64,000 nt of DNA from a virus (lineage: Duplodnaviria > Heunggongvirae > Uroviricota > Caudoviricetes), in IMG/VR virus record IMGVR_UViG_3300037400_006466, positions 44,098 through 108,097 of that record, one strand, 5' to 3'. Below, in pieces: positions 29,209 to 39,272 of this stretch; the stretch's first letter is position 1; every line of letters begins with the position of its first letter. The position numbers and the translations under genes are program-made. The notes beneath the pieces were generated by a model. That model was not told where the DNA came from. It was given only the letters and a program-made list of their open reading frames with translations, and did no database searches.

Positions 29209-30425
29209 TAACCAAAAGTATGGTCGCTTAACTGGTAACAGTTAATGAAAAAAGTGGGTTAATTGCTGGAAACTCCCAGGAGTTAGGGACAATCAGCAGC
29301 TAAGTTCTTACCTACCTAGAAATAGGAAAAAGAAATGTCAGACCTTAATTTAACATATATTTGTAGTAATTGTGGAAAGGAATTTAAGAGAAGAAAGGAC
29401 TTTGAAGAAGGAGAAGAAGTTCTTTGTAGAGGATGTAAGATTTCGAAATTCTATGGAGAGCATCCTGAGAAGTCCATTGAAAGACAACAAAAAAGTCAAT
29501 TAACTTCTTTGAAAAAGTATGGTACTACAAATCCTGCTAAGAGTGAAGAAATAAAAAAGAAAATATCTAATAATATTTCGGATACTTATAAAGATAGGAA
29601 AGAAGATATTTTGAATAAAAGAATTTCCACAAATATAGAAAAATTTGGTTATGATTTTCCAGCACAAAATCAAGAAATTTTGAATAAGGGGTTGGAAACA
29701 CAAAGGTCTAGACAGGGATATATTGGATGGGAAAATAAGGAACTTCAAAAGAGTGCAGAAGAAAAAGCACATTCCCCAGAAGCCAGTATGAAAAGAAAGA
29801 ATACCAGTATTAAAAATTATGGTGTTTATTCTGTTGTAGGAAGTACTGGAAATTCTAATAGACTTAAAGGATATGAATATGATTCTTTAAGATTTGATAG
29901 TGGGTGGGAATTAGCCATATACATATGGTGTAAAGATAACAATGTTCCTGTAATTTATCATCCAGATTTTCATTTTACATATGAAGATGAGAACGGAATA
30001 GAACATATATATTGGCCAGATTTCTTAATCAAGGGTCAATTTTATGAGACTAAAGGTGATCAGTTCTTCAATGATAAGGATGAGCCTTACAATAAATATA
30101 CAAAGACTTTTTGGTGGAGTAAATACAATGCTCTTACAAAAAACAATGTAAAAATATTAAGAAAGGCTGATATGATACCTTACATAAAGTATGTAAATGA
30201 TACCTATGGAAAAGATTTTATTAAATCTTTTAAAAAGGTAAAATAAGAGGTAAGAAAAAGTTCAACGACTATTCCGAAAGGAAGTACATTCAAGTGAATG
30301 GAAATGCCCACCATCCCTATGGGATGAAGATATAGTCTGACCTATATGGAAACATATAGCAGTTCTAATTTTTAAGCATGATTAGAACGGGCTTGAAAAT
30401 AACGACTTCAAGTTGAACACAAATG
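29209..30425 (+). ncRNA. Group I self-splicing intron in the major capsid gene
   Basis: P1 CGGCT/GGTCG with U.G; P10 AGTAT (29217-21) pairs with exon-2 ATACT; AATTGCTGGAAA (29261), AATCAGCAG (29291), TCAACGACTA (30262), AAGATATAGTC (30327); terminal G at 30425; splicing restores the frame (GGC T|AT ACT = Gly-Tyr-Thr). Confidence 0.93.
29335..30246 (+). CDS. Intron-encoded homing endonuclease (Zn finger + repeats + PD-(D/E)XK)
   Basis: CSNC..CRGC; KKYG..NP repeats; FDSGWE...YWPDF...YETKG; AT-rich; looped out by the stem TTCTTACCT/AGGTAAGAA. Confidence 0.85.
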   Translation: MSDLNLTYICSNCGKEFKRRKDFEEGEEVLCRGCKISKFYGEHPEKSIERQQKSQLTSLKKYGTTNPAKSEEIKKKISNNISDTYKDRKEDILNKRISTNIEKFGYDFPAQNQEILNKGLETQRSRQGYIGWENKELQKSAEEKAHSPEASMKRKNTSIKNYGVYSVVGSTGNSNRLKGYEYDSLRFDSGWELAIYIWCKDNNVPVIYHPDFHFTYEDENGIEHIYWPDFLIKGQFYETKGDQFFNDKDEPYNKYTKTFWWSKYNALTKNNVKILRKADMIPYIKYVNDTYGKDFIKSFKKVK

Positions 30426-31804
30426 ATACTCCTGAGAATATGCTCAGACTCATCAGACTTAGTTATCCTAACAGCATCAGGGGAGACCTCTTCACTGAGT
30501 TCGCTATGGAGACAAGCCACGATTCAATCAAGTATGTCTATCCTGTTTACACCAATGCTCAGAGAAACGACTTTGACTGGGACAACACAGCTTTCACTGG
30601 TAATCCTGAGAAGGGTTGGAACGGAACTGATTGGCCAATGGATAACAGATTTGATGACCCTGCACACAAGTATGATGTGATGTATGAGAGCCAGGAAAGC
30701 AGATATGCAACAGAGCTTGTCAACGTTGACGAGGCTAACATTGATACTGCCACAGCTGGTTCTGTCAAGGTCACATTTGACGGTGGAGCACTCAAGGGTG
30801 CTTATATTCCTAACGCTTCTGTCCTTTATGTTGTTGTTGATGGTGTGAGAAACGCTGTTGCAATGCAGGACGCTAAGGGCGGTTGGTTCGGTGGTAAGGA
30901 TATCCTTATTGATAAGACTGCACAGACTTACCTCAGATGCACAACTGTTGAGCAGACAGGTGTTGAGGCAACATTCACACTTGAGACCAAGACTGGCGCT
31001 GATGGTGATTACGCCGCAGCTGGCGCACTTCCTGCAGGTGTCAAGTTCGCAGCAGTCGGAAGATTTGACTCTGAGAGAGACCTCACAGGTAAGTATCTCG
31101 GTGAAGTCGAACTTCAGATGAGAGACTACCACTTCAGACCAAGACCAATCACTCTTGGTGTCACATGGACACAGCTCACAGAGCTTGTTCTTGATACATC
31201 CTTCGGTGTTTCCGCTGAAGACCAGCTCATGCAGAGCGCTTCTGAGGAAATCAAGAAGTCCCTTGACTTCCAGGCTATCAAGTATGCAAGTGATGTCCAG
31301 AAGACATATGCATCCAGCAACTTCGTTCAGTTCGATGCTGAAGCAGGTGCAGACATTGATGACTCCTACTGGCACACAGCACAGCTCATCAACCAGTCAA
31401 TCGAGCATATTGCAGATAACATGCTTGATGACTTCCAGAGAGGTGGTGTGACTGCTATCGTCGGTGGAACAAGGGCTTGTACTTACCTCCAGCTCAATGA
31501 GGGATGGAGCAACAAGGGTAAGCAGACTTCCATCGGTGCTCACAAGTTCGGTGAAATCAATGGTATTCCTGTATTCAAGGCTCCTGGAATCATGCCTAAG
31601 GATCAGCTCCTTACCACTTGGAAGAATGACCAGGCTGATGGTGATGTCTCAATCGCTATTGGAACACTCCTTCCATTCTTCTCAACTGGTGCTCTCCAGA
31701 GAAAGAACTTCTACAAGGAAGCAGGTATCGCAAGATACGAAGATACACAGGCTCTCCAGCCAAAGTATCTTGGAAGAATTCAGATCAAGAACATCAGAGA
31801 CTAA
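30426..31804 (+). CDS. Major capsid protein exon 2 (spliced product 545 aa)
   Basis: LRLIRLSYPN, RPITLGVTWTQLTELVL...GVSAEDQL, gp23-like fold motifs; strongly biased codon usage. Confidence 0.9.
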
Positions 31805-31826
31805 TCTCTCAGATTCACCCCTTGAA

Positions 31827-31857
31827 AAGGCCTCCTTTATGGAGGTCTTTTTTTATT
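31827..31857 (+). terminator. Terminator after the major capsid gene
   Basis: AAGGCCTCC-TTTAT-GGAGGTCTT followed by a T-run. Confidence 0.8.
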
Positions 31858-31967
31858 CTCACAGACAAAAATAGAGGGGTCTATGCTCCTCTTTCTTTAC
31901 TGAATATCTGTTAACATCTTTTGTCAAAGAATTGAAATCTGACAATCCTGTGAGGTCTGGTAAAGAA

Positions 31968-32357
31968 TCAGATGAACTGAAGGCCACTTGACTTGAGCTT
32001 GTACATCTGTCCTGTTGAGGCCTCCTGAGCCTCGATGGGATACTTCCTTGCCTTATTGTTGTATCCTGTGATGATGAACACCTTTCCTGAGAAGCTCTTG
32101 ACCTTTGAGCCCACTATTGTGAAGGGGATGTTCTTTGCCCCTGACAATTTGAACTCAAATCCCAGCATCCTTTCTGTGTAATCATCAGCCTTATGAGTTC
32201 CATCAGCATTGAGCTGCTCCATTGTTACTGTGAGCTTGACCTCTCTCTCACCGAATGAGAGATTGTTTCTTGTGAGTGTGAGGTTGTACTTGCCGAGAAC
32301 AGCCTTGATGGCTGCGTCCAGTTCTCTGTGAAGTGATGTTGCTTCTGTTCTTGTCAT
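31968..32357 (-). CDS. Early hypothetical protein
   Basis: Start moved to MTRTE (RBS AAGGAG); promoter TTGACA-17-TATCAT at 32382-32410; C-terminal G...KARKYPI.A...G.MYK. Confidence 0.7.
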   Translation of the reverse strand: MTRTEATSLHRELDAAIKAVLGKYNLTLTRNNLSFGEREVKLTVTMEQLNADGTHKADDYTERMLGFEFKLSGAKNIPFTIVGSKVKSFSGKVFIITGYNNKARKYPIEAQEASTGQMYKLKSSGLQFI

Positions 32358-32406
32358 GGTTTCTTTTCTCCTTACATTCTTATGATACCATAACTGGGGA
32401 TATTTG

Positions 32407-32811
32407 TCAACAGCTTTTAGCGAAAAAGTTGATTCCTGACATTGACAGTACTTCTCTCTTGGCCTCTTCAAGGGCTTTTTCCACTTCTGTCTCAGACAAA
32501 AAGGAGTCCCAATCCACTACTCCGAAGCAGTTGGTGTTGGAATTAAGGATACCAAGGAATCTGTTGGGTCTTCCATTGAGGTTGTCAAGATTACCCGTCA
32601 AAGCCCTTACTTTGAGATTCAGTATCATTCTCTCAGCCTCCACTGTTCCTACACCCAGTGTCTCTATATAGCTGAGGAACTTCCAGAAGAACTCAGGGAC
32701 CTGTTCCTCATCCATCTGCTTGGCAATAGGCTCATAGAGGTCCTTTCTGGGTATCATCATTTCAAAGTCTCCTGCAGGATTGAGGATTCTTACAAACTTC
32801 TTCTTGAACAT
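32407..32811 (-). CDS. Early hypothetical protein
   Basis: Start moved to MFKKK (RBS AAGGAGG); promoter TTGACA-17-TATATT at 32835-32863. Confidence 0.7.
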   Translation of the reverse strand: MFKKKFVRILNPAGDFEMMIPRKDLYEPIAKQMDEEQVPEFFWKFLSYIETLGVGTVEAERMILNLKVRALTGNLDNLNGRPNRFLGILNSNTNCFGVVDWDSFLSETEVEKALEEAKREVLSMSGINFFAKSC

Positions 32812-32894
32812 ATTCTGTTCCTCCTTACATATTGAATATACCATATATTCCTTCATTTGTCAATAGATAACAGAACATATAAGAGGCCTTAAAA

Positions 32895-32920
32895 GAAAAA
32901 CCCCTCAAATGAGGGGTTCA
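32895..32920 (-). terminator. Terminator of the methyltransferase cluster
   Basis: AACCCCTCA-AA-TGAGGGGTT with an A-run on the plus strand. Confidence 0.8.
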
Positions 32921-32939
32921 TTTTTATCATTTAGGTCAT

Positions 32940-33776
32940 TTAGAACCAAAGGCTTCTTCCCTTGAACTTCTTTATCCTGTTCTTGGCCCATTTCACCTGA
33001 TTGGGTGAGAGTTCAGTTCCTATGTAACTCATTCCACATTCCACACATCCTACTGCGGTTGTTCCGCTTCCCATGAAGGGGTCAAATATAAGAGCCTTCT
33101 TGGGTGAATAGAGCTGAATTATCTTCTCCACGAACTCTGTGGAGTATGTGGCTGAATTGAACTCACAGACCTCATCGTTGTTGTATCTTGTCTCAATCCT
33201 GTTCTCATAGGGATTGGTGTACATGGAGTTGCCTATTCTCTTTGTGGGGTCATGGTTGATATAATAGGTGTCAAGCTCAGACTTCCTGCAGAAGATGAAC
33301 AGAGGCTCACATATCCTTGAAAGCTTATTCCCTATGGAGAGTGGGATGGCGTTTGACTTGTACCATGTGATATAATCACATAAGGTAAAGTCAGTCTCAT
33401 CCATGATATACATAAGGGAGAGCCAAGTGGAGTTGTTTATTCCGTCCTCATTGGAGTTCTCTGATGATACGCCATAGGACACGTTCCATGCAATTACTCC
33501 GTTGGGCTTGAGTTTGGGCTCAAGGGCGTTGAATATGTTCCTTATCCATTCAGCATACTGAATCTCACTCTTGTTATCTACATCAGTGTCATATCTGTTG
33601 TAGGAGTGTTTCCTTATCTTTGTCCCTTTCTCCTTGTCCTCATCCTTCTTGTCCTGTGAGCGTGAAATGCTTGTGTTGTAGGGAGGTGAGGTGATGACCA
33701 AATCAAGGCTGTGGTCATCCATTCTTGGAATGACCTGGAGGCAGTCCTCATTGTAGATTTCATTTACCTTGAACAA
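32940..33776 (-). CDS. DNA methyltransferase, beta class (N4-C/N6-A)
   Basis: IYNEDCL, TSPPY, DPFMGSGTT, YIGTELS; TTG start with GGAGG. Confidence 0.92.
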   Translation of the reverse strand: MFKVNEIYNEDCLQVIPRMDDHSLDLVITSPPYNTSISRSQDKKDEDKEKGTKIRKHSYNRYDTDVDNKSEIQYAEWIRNIFNALEPKLKPNGVIAWNVSYGVSSENSNEDGINNSTWLSLMYIMDETDFTLCDYITWYKSNAIPLSIGNKLSRICEPLFIFCRKSELDTYYINHDPTKRIGNSMYTNPYENRIETRYNNDEVCEFNSATYSTEFVEKIIQLYSPKKALIFDPFMGSGTTAVGCVECGMSYIGTELSPNQVKWAKNRIKKFKGRSLWF

Positions 33777-34404
33777 CTGGGGCCTCCTCCATCATATAAT
33801 AGATGTTTCCATTATCAGGACAATAGAGCCTTAAAAGATATTCCTTAAGCTGCTTGTAATCTTCCTCTGGAGTCTTTCCGTTTGTAGTGATGATGTTGTA
33901 GAGAGGGGTATGATAGGATGCGTTTCCTCTTGTTGTCTGAACCTCTACGTTCAGATGATATGTCCTGTACTCGCTCTTTCTGCATAATACGAATATGGGC
34001 TCACATATCACATCAAGGCTGTTCTCCCTCTGTCCCTTTGTCTTGGAGCCTTTCTTCCACACGATTACATCACCTATGGAGTAATCTGTAGTCTTGATGG
34101 CAGACATGACTGACTTCCAGGTGGCATTGACCTCATTGGGAAGTCCGTTCTTTCCCCAGTATCCTGAAAGGAGAATGACTGAGTTCTCATCCATTATCTC
34201 ATCAAAGGTGTTGATGAGTTCGCTGATTTCCTTGACATAATTTTCTTCTGTGTCAACTTTATCAAGGAAAGTGCTTCTGTCTGTCAGATGTTCAGGGTAT
34301 ACTGCCATTGCGACATTGACCTTTGTTCCGTTTGATGGAACTTTGTTGTCATACCATTCTCTGAATTTCTTTCCTTTAAGTTGTGGAGCTTCTTTTAACT
34401 TCAT
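33760..34404 (-). CDS. Degenerate, probably inactive beta-class methyltransferase paralogue
   Basis: Retains DVIVWKK...ICEPIFVLCRKSE like its neighbours, but VYPE replaces SPPY and FxGxG is absent. Confidence 0.7.
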   Translation of the reverse strand: MKLKEAPQLKGKKFREWYDNKVPSNGTKVNVAMAVYPEHLTDRSTFLDKVDTEENYVKEISELINTFDEIMDENSVILLSGYWGKNGLPNEVNATWKSVMSAIKTTDYSIGDVIVWKKGSKTKGQRENSLDVICEPIFVLCRKSEYRTYHLNVEVQTTRGNASYHTPLYNIITTNGKTPEEDYKQLKEYLLRLYCPDNGNIYYMMEEAPVVQGK

Positions 34405-34419
34405 ATATTTAATATAACC

Positions 34420-35241
34420 TCATCTGAACCAAAGTGAGTTCCCTTTGAATCTCTTTATCCTTTTCTCAGCCCATTTGCACTGATTTGGGCTTAGTTCTGT
34501 TCCTATATAATTCATTCCGCAGGATATGGCTCCTATTGCAGTTGTTCCTGTCCCCATGAAGGGGTCATAGACAAGTCCCTTGGGAGTACCATACAGAGCA
34601 AGTGATTTCTCCACAAATTCTGATGGATATGTGGCTGCATTGAAGTCGCATACCTCATCATTGCAGAGTTTTGTCTGAACCCAGTTCTCTGCAGGCTGTG
34701 ATACATACCAACCCTTTACTTTCTCTTTATTGACATGGTAAGTGGAGATTTCAGTTTTCCTTGCGAATACCCATACAATCTCACAGATTCTTGTAAGGTC
34801 ATTATTGGTGTTCAAGGGGGTTGTGACTGGTTTTTTCCAGGGATAATAATCCACAAGGGTGAACGGGGTCTTGTCCATTATGGCCAGCAGTGAATACCAT
34901 ACCGCATAGTTGGGTTTGCCTGTATCCCCTATACCATATGAAACATTCCATACTATTGTTCCATTTGGTTTCATTTTAGGTTCAAGGGCATTGAATATTG
35001 ATGCTATGAAGTCTGCATATTCATCATCAGTCTGCTGGTCCTGGAACACATCATATCTTGAATGATGCTGTCTGAATCCTTTTTCCAATTTACCTTCTTT
35101 ACGTTTTCTCTCTATTTCATCTTGGGATGATTTTTTGCTTGTATTGTATGGAGGACTGGTCACCACAGTATCTATGCTGAAATCATCCAGCTTGGGAATA
35201 AATGAAAGGCAGTCTTCATTGTATATCTTGTTTAAGTCCAT
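34420..35241 (-). CDS. DNA methyltransferase, beta class (N4-C/N6-A)
   Basis: IYNEDCL, TSPPY, DPFMGTGTT. Confidence 0.92.
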   Translation of the reverse strand: MDLNKIYNEDCLSFIPKLDDFSIDTVVTSPPYNTSKKSSQDEIERKRKEGKLEKGFRQHHSRYDVFQDQQTDDEYADFIASIFNALEPKMKPNGTIVWNVSYGIGDTGKPNYAVWYSLLAIMDKTPFTLVDYYPWKKPVTTPLNTNNDLTRICEIVWVFARKTEISTYHVNKEKVKGWYVSQPAENWVQTKLCNDEVCDFNAATYPSEFVEKSLALYGTPKGLVYDPFMGTGTTAIGAISCGMNYIGTELSPNQCKWAEKRIKRFKGNSLWFR

Positions 35242-35289
35242 ATATATAATATAAAGTTTTTAATTGCTGGTTTTAAAATAAAAATGGCC

Positions 35290-35988
35290 TCAATTGAGGC
35301 CATAGATTTCATTCATCTCATCAAGGGTGATAAAGGAATCATAGGTAATTTTCCTTTTTGAAATATGCTCCTTGATATGCTCCATTACTTCTTCTTTAGA
35401 CCAGTCTATAGGAACAACCTTGAAATTATAGTCTGAAATTAGAGTAGGGATGGTTTTGATAAACTGAACTCTCCCTTTTCTATCCCCATTGTAATAATCA
35501 CCTACAAGGTTCTCCATATCATCTGCCAGGTCAGAAGTTCTTCCTACCACCATGTATCCTACTTTGTTTATAACATTACTGATGCTAATTCCTACAAGGA
35601 TTCTAGTATCTCTAAAGCATTCTACCTTAGAAAAAGTGCAGTCTTCGAAGATTACATTTTTGCTAGACTCTCCAATGGATTTTACTTCCATAGCCCTGAA
35701 AAAAGCAGGGTCTTCCTTTTTAAATTTTCCAAGGTCGGCACCCCTTTTATTTGAATTAATCTCAAATCCAATTTTCTTTCCCAGCTCTTTGTCTCTCAGG
35801 TATGAAAAAAGAGTATTGGTATTGGAATATTTTTCAGGGTATTTTGTCTGAAGATAGGATACCAGTTCAATAATCTGGTTTTCCTTTTCATTTTGATCAT
35901 TCAGGTCGTTTGATGAATAATCAGAATCTGAAAAATAAGCCCTATCAAAATACTCATTACTCTCTGGAATAATCTTGTTCTCAGCCAT
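35290..35988 (-). CDS. Candidate PD-(D/E)XK restriction-type endonuclease
   Basis: RGADLG...AMEVKS catalytic-like pattern; AT-rich; own promoter TTGACT-17-TATAAT at 36014-36042; start moved to MAENK. Confidence 0.55.
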   Translation of the reverse strand: MAENKIIPESNEYFDRAYFSDSDYSSNDLNDQNEKENQIIELVSYLQTKYPEKYSNTNTLFSYLRDKELGKKIGFEINSNKRGADLGKFKKEDPAFFRAMEVKSIGESSKNVIFEDCTFSKVECFRDTRILVGISISNVINKVGYMVVGRTSDLADDMENLVGDYYNGDRKGRVQFIKTIPTLISDYNFKVVPIDWSKEEVMEHIKEHISKRKITYDSFITLDEMNEIYGLN

Positions 35989-36059
35989 AATTTTTTCCTT
36001 TTCAAGTAATTTAATTATACCATACTCTAAAAAAAGAGTCAATAGCTGAAATTATTTTT

Positions 36060-36863
36060 TTATTTGAACCACAGAGAACCTCCCCTGTATTTCTTGATTC
36101 TGTTCTCAGCCCAAGCCAGCTGAGCCTTGGATATCTCACTTCCTATGTAGCTGAGATTGTTCTCAATGCATGAGATTGCAGTTGTTCCTGTTCCCATGAA
36201 GGGGTCATAGACCACTGCCTTCTTAGGAGCATATATCTTGAAGACAGCATTGCAGAGTTCCACAGAGTATGTGGCCTTGTTTATATCACACACCTCACTG
36301 TTGCATGGAGCCTCAATGAAGTTCTTGATTGTGCTGTACATCTTCTGGCCTGTCTTCTCTCTCACTGATGAAATCCTCTTGTTGGCATGATAGGTCTTCA
36401 TCTCATCTTTCCTGCAGAACACGAAGACATCCTCGCATATCCTGTCCAGTTTATTGGGGGAGTTGGGATTAGGAGTGGAGGTAGGCTTCTTCCAGATAAT
36501 TCTGTCAGCCACAGTGAACGGTGTGTTCCTTATGAGGTCGGCGATACAGAGCCACATGGTATCTGTGTTCCCCACATTTCCTGTGGTGTCTCCGCCGTAA
36601 CTGACGTTCCATACTATGACTCCGTTGGGTTTGAGCTTAGGCTCAAGGGCATTGAAGATGTCAATGCACCACTGGATATACTCCTCTGGTGTCTTCTCAT
36701 CTGAGAAGGTGTCTTTGAGATATCTTGTGGAGCTGTCCTCCAGTGAGCCTCCGTCCCTTGATGTGTTGTAAGGAGGACTTGTCATGACCATATCAAGCAT
36801 ATTGTCATCCATCTGCGGAATCAGCTTCAGGCAATCCTCATTGTATATCTTGTTCAATACCAT
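36060..36863 (-). CDS. DNA methyltransferase, beta class (N4-C/N6-A)
   Basis: IYNEDCL, TSPPY, DPFMGTGTT; start moved to MVLNK. Confidence 0.92.
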   Translation of the reverse strand: MVLNKIYNEDCLKLIPQMDDNMLDMVMTSPPYNTSRDGGSLEDSSTRYLKDTFSDEKTPEEYIQWCIDIFNALEPKLKPNGVIVWNVSYGGDTTGNVGNTDTMWLCIADLIRNTPFTVADRIIWKKPTSTPNPNSPNKLDRICEDVFVFCRKDEMKTYHANKRISSVREKTGQKMYSTIKNFIEAPCNSEVCDINKATYSVELCNAVFKIYAPKKAVVYDPFMGTGTTAISCIENNLSYIGSEISKAQLAWAENRIKKYRGGSLWFK

Positions 36864-37639
36864 GTCTTGTAATTCCTCCACAAAGTCTCTATTGAATCCG
36901 AATGAGCGTTAGGTGATTTGAAGTGTATCTTTTCGAATCCGTTCTCCACCAAAGTATCATATATGGGGTTGTCATATCCGCTTATGAGGAGTTTTCCCTT
37001 GAAGTTCAAGCATTTCTCAATGAACTTCTCATGACCGTCGTCCTCCATCTCACAGATGTATCCTGACTCACTTTTTCTTGTGCTATGGACGTATGGTGGG
37101 TCACAATAGGCAAATACACTCTTGTCATTGTAATCATCCAGGAGCTCTAAGGCATCCTTGTGTTCAATGAGAACCCTTTTGAGCCTCTCATGATACTCGG
37201 GGAGCATATCAACTTTTGACAGAAAGTCACTGACGCTCTTCACCATACCCCTTCTGGCTTCCTTGCAGACTGAGAATCCTCCGTTTCCGTTGAATGACAT
37301 CCTGCTGAGCAAGAAGAAGTAATATGCCCTATCCTCAAGGCTCAAATCAGTTTTAAGGGCCTTTTTGGCCTCATTGTATAAATCCTTTGAATAAAGGGCA
37401 AGTGAGCATCTCTGGTGGAATCTGTTGAACATATCCTCATCCTGTATGACCTTGAATACTGACCATACATTCTCCTCTATGTCATTATAGACTTCCATTC
37501 CTTGGGGTTGCTTCTCAAAGAGCATTGATGCCCCACCACCGAAAGGCTCCACATATGTCTTGTAGTCAAGCGGAAAATATGACAGGAGAGTTCCTGTCAT
37601 GTTTGTCTTTGACCCGTAGTAATTCAGAAACGGTTTCAT
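36854..37639 (-). CDS. Dam-like (D12 class) DNA adenine methyltransferase
   Basis: YYGSK, YVEPFGGGAS, VYND, YCDPPY, ETLWRNY. Confidence 0.92.
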   Translation of the reverse strand: MKPFLNYYGSKTNMTGTLLSYFPLDYKTYVEPFGGGASMLFEKQPQGMEVYNDIEENVWSVFKVIQDEDMFNRFHQRCSLALYSKDLYNEAKKALKTDLSLEDRAYYFFLLSRMSFNGNGGFSVCKEARRGMVKSVSDFLSKVDMLPEYHERLKRVLIEHKDALELLDDYNDKSVFAYCDPPYVHSTRKSESGYICEMEDDGHEKFIEKCLNFKGKLLISGYDNPIYDTLVENGFEKIHFKSPNAHSDSIETLWRNYKTWY

Positions 37640-37708
37640 ACATATAATATAATCTATTATGGCAGATATTTAGGCAAAAAATAAGGGGTCTTTTCAGACC
37701 CCTTCAAT

Positions 37709-38512
37709 TCAGTAAAGACCCCATTCACTAAAGGCCTCAAATCCTCCAAGTCCCTTGATGTACTCCTTAGCGAAGTCCACAATCTCCTTGTAGGGTTTTC
37801 CGTCAATGGTGTCATCACCGATTGCACAGGACAGAGTGACAGGCTTGTTGGTCTGCTGAGCCTTGACGAAGGCGTAGATGTTGACTGAGACATCAGCCTT
37901 GGAAAGGTCCTTTCCACAAAGTCCACCACCTGTGACAGACTGAGCCATATCTGAGCCAAGCTTTCTGTTGGTAGCACCACTATCAACATTCAGGCCACCA
38001 GTCCACTCTCCAAGAGGATTGATGATTGCTTCTGGATATCCCAGCTTTGTGCAGAGACTTCTCAATGCTTCATTTGTGGCACAACTCTGACAGACGATGA
38101 GCTTCTTTCCATCAAGAATATACTTTCCGTCTGTGGGGAACTCTGCATAGATTTCCCTTGCAATTCTTGACAGCTCGATTTCCTCATCTGTAAGGGGAAC
38201 TCCCTTGAAGATTCCATTGTCTCCGCAACGAACTTCATGAGCCTGGTTGTCAGCAAGATGGACATCCTGTGGAACTACCTTGAGGTTGAGGGTAAGACCC
38301 TTACCTGCGATTCTGTCCACAATCTTCTGAACCTCTTTGTCTGTGAATGACTCTGTAGTCTCAATGATGATATTTACTTCACCATGTCCGATAAGAACCT
38401 CAACTGCGATTCTTGCATTCTCATTCTTCTTGTAGGCAAGGTCTACAAGAGCTCCTGCGATTCTGTCTGCTACCTTATCTGGGTGGGATGGATCTACTTT
38501 CTCAATTGCCAT
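37709..38512 (-). CDS. metK: S-adenosylmethionine synthetase (short phage type)
   Basis: HPDKVADRI, CGDNGIF, DGK, INPLG.WTGG..VDSGATNRKL, GGGLCGKDLSKAD. Confidence 0.9.
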   Translation of the reverse strand: MAIEKVDPSHPDKVADRIAGALVDLAYKKNENARIAVEVLIGHGEVNIIIETTESFTDKEVQKIVDRIAGKGLTLNLKVVPQDVHLADNQAHEVRCGDNGIFKGVPLTDEEIELSRIAREIYAEFPTDGKYILDGKKLIVCQSCATNEALRSLCTKLGYPEAIINPLGEWTGGLNVDSGATNRKLGSDMAQSVTGGGLCGKDLSKADVSVNIYAFVKAQQTNKPVTLSCAIGDDTIDGKPYKEIVDFAKEYIKGLGGFEAFSEWGLY

Positions 38513-38660
38513 GTTTAGGCACTCCTTAATAGAACAATTATTTCAGTAGTTGCTACACTGATACATATAATATAAAGCGAAATACCCTTATATGTCAATG
38601 CTTTCTCACTAATTAGATAGAGTTTCCATGATGTGGGACAATTTGTTTTAGGAGAATTAA

Positions 38661-39272
38661 ATGCAATCCAAGGAAGATATTAAGCTCAAGGGCCGTAAGG
38701 GCAAGCCTGAGAACGGTGACACCATAATAATGTGGAATTACAGCGATGCCCCTGAGATAAGGCAATGGTCATATAATGGGGGCAAGCTCTCTCCGGTGGC
38801 CAGATATGTCTATGATGATGCGGATCCCGGTGAAGGTCAGATGGTCTATCTGGACTCTGTTGACAGCCAGCTTGAGGATGAGATGGGGACTCCTGATTTC
38901 AAGGATGCCCTCAAGGAATATCCTTATTGGGATGTTGAAGGCGCAATATATAAGGTTGAGGCCTCCATTGAGGAATATATGAATTATGACTTCAACCAGA
39001 AGTTCGCCAAGGTCAAGTTCTATTCATATTATGCCTCTTACTTCGTCTATAATGATGCCTCAGGAATGACTGATGATGAGATAAAGGACTGCGAGGCCTT
39101 TGAGGATGCCCTTCTCCATTATCTTGACTGTGACGGAATCTCTGTGGTTGATGTCCTTGATGACAGCGACTTCGGTGATGTTGAGATTCCAGTAGGGTAT
39201 AGGGTGAAAGGATATATGGGATACACTTTCCTTCCCGGAGATGTCTGCACATATGTGATTCAGAAGAGCTGA
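38661..39272 (+). CDS. Acidic two-module late protein
   Basis: ACTAATT at 38608; C-terminal YASYFVYNDASGMTDDE module (DUF6926-like, from recall). Confidence 0.7.
   Translation: MQSKEDIKLKGRKGKPENGDTIIMWNYSDAPEIRQWSYNGGKLSPVARYVYDDADPGEGQMVYLDSVDSQLEDEMGTPDFKDALKEYPYWDVEGAIYKVEASIEEYMNYDFNQKFAKVKFYSYYASYFVYNDASGMTDDEIKDCEAFEDALLHYLDCDGISVVDVLDDSDFGDVEIPVGYRVKGYMGYTFLPGDVCTYVIQKS

Noticed and set aside
28950-31804. Two separate capsid genes (28950-29231 and 30413-31804)
   Set aside because: Explained by the group I intron; splicing gives one 545 aa protein
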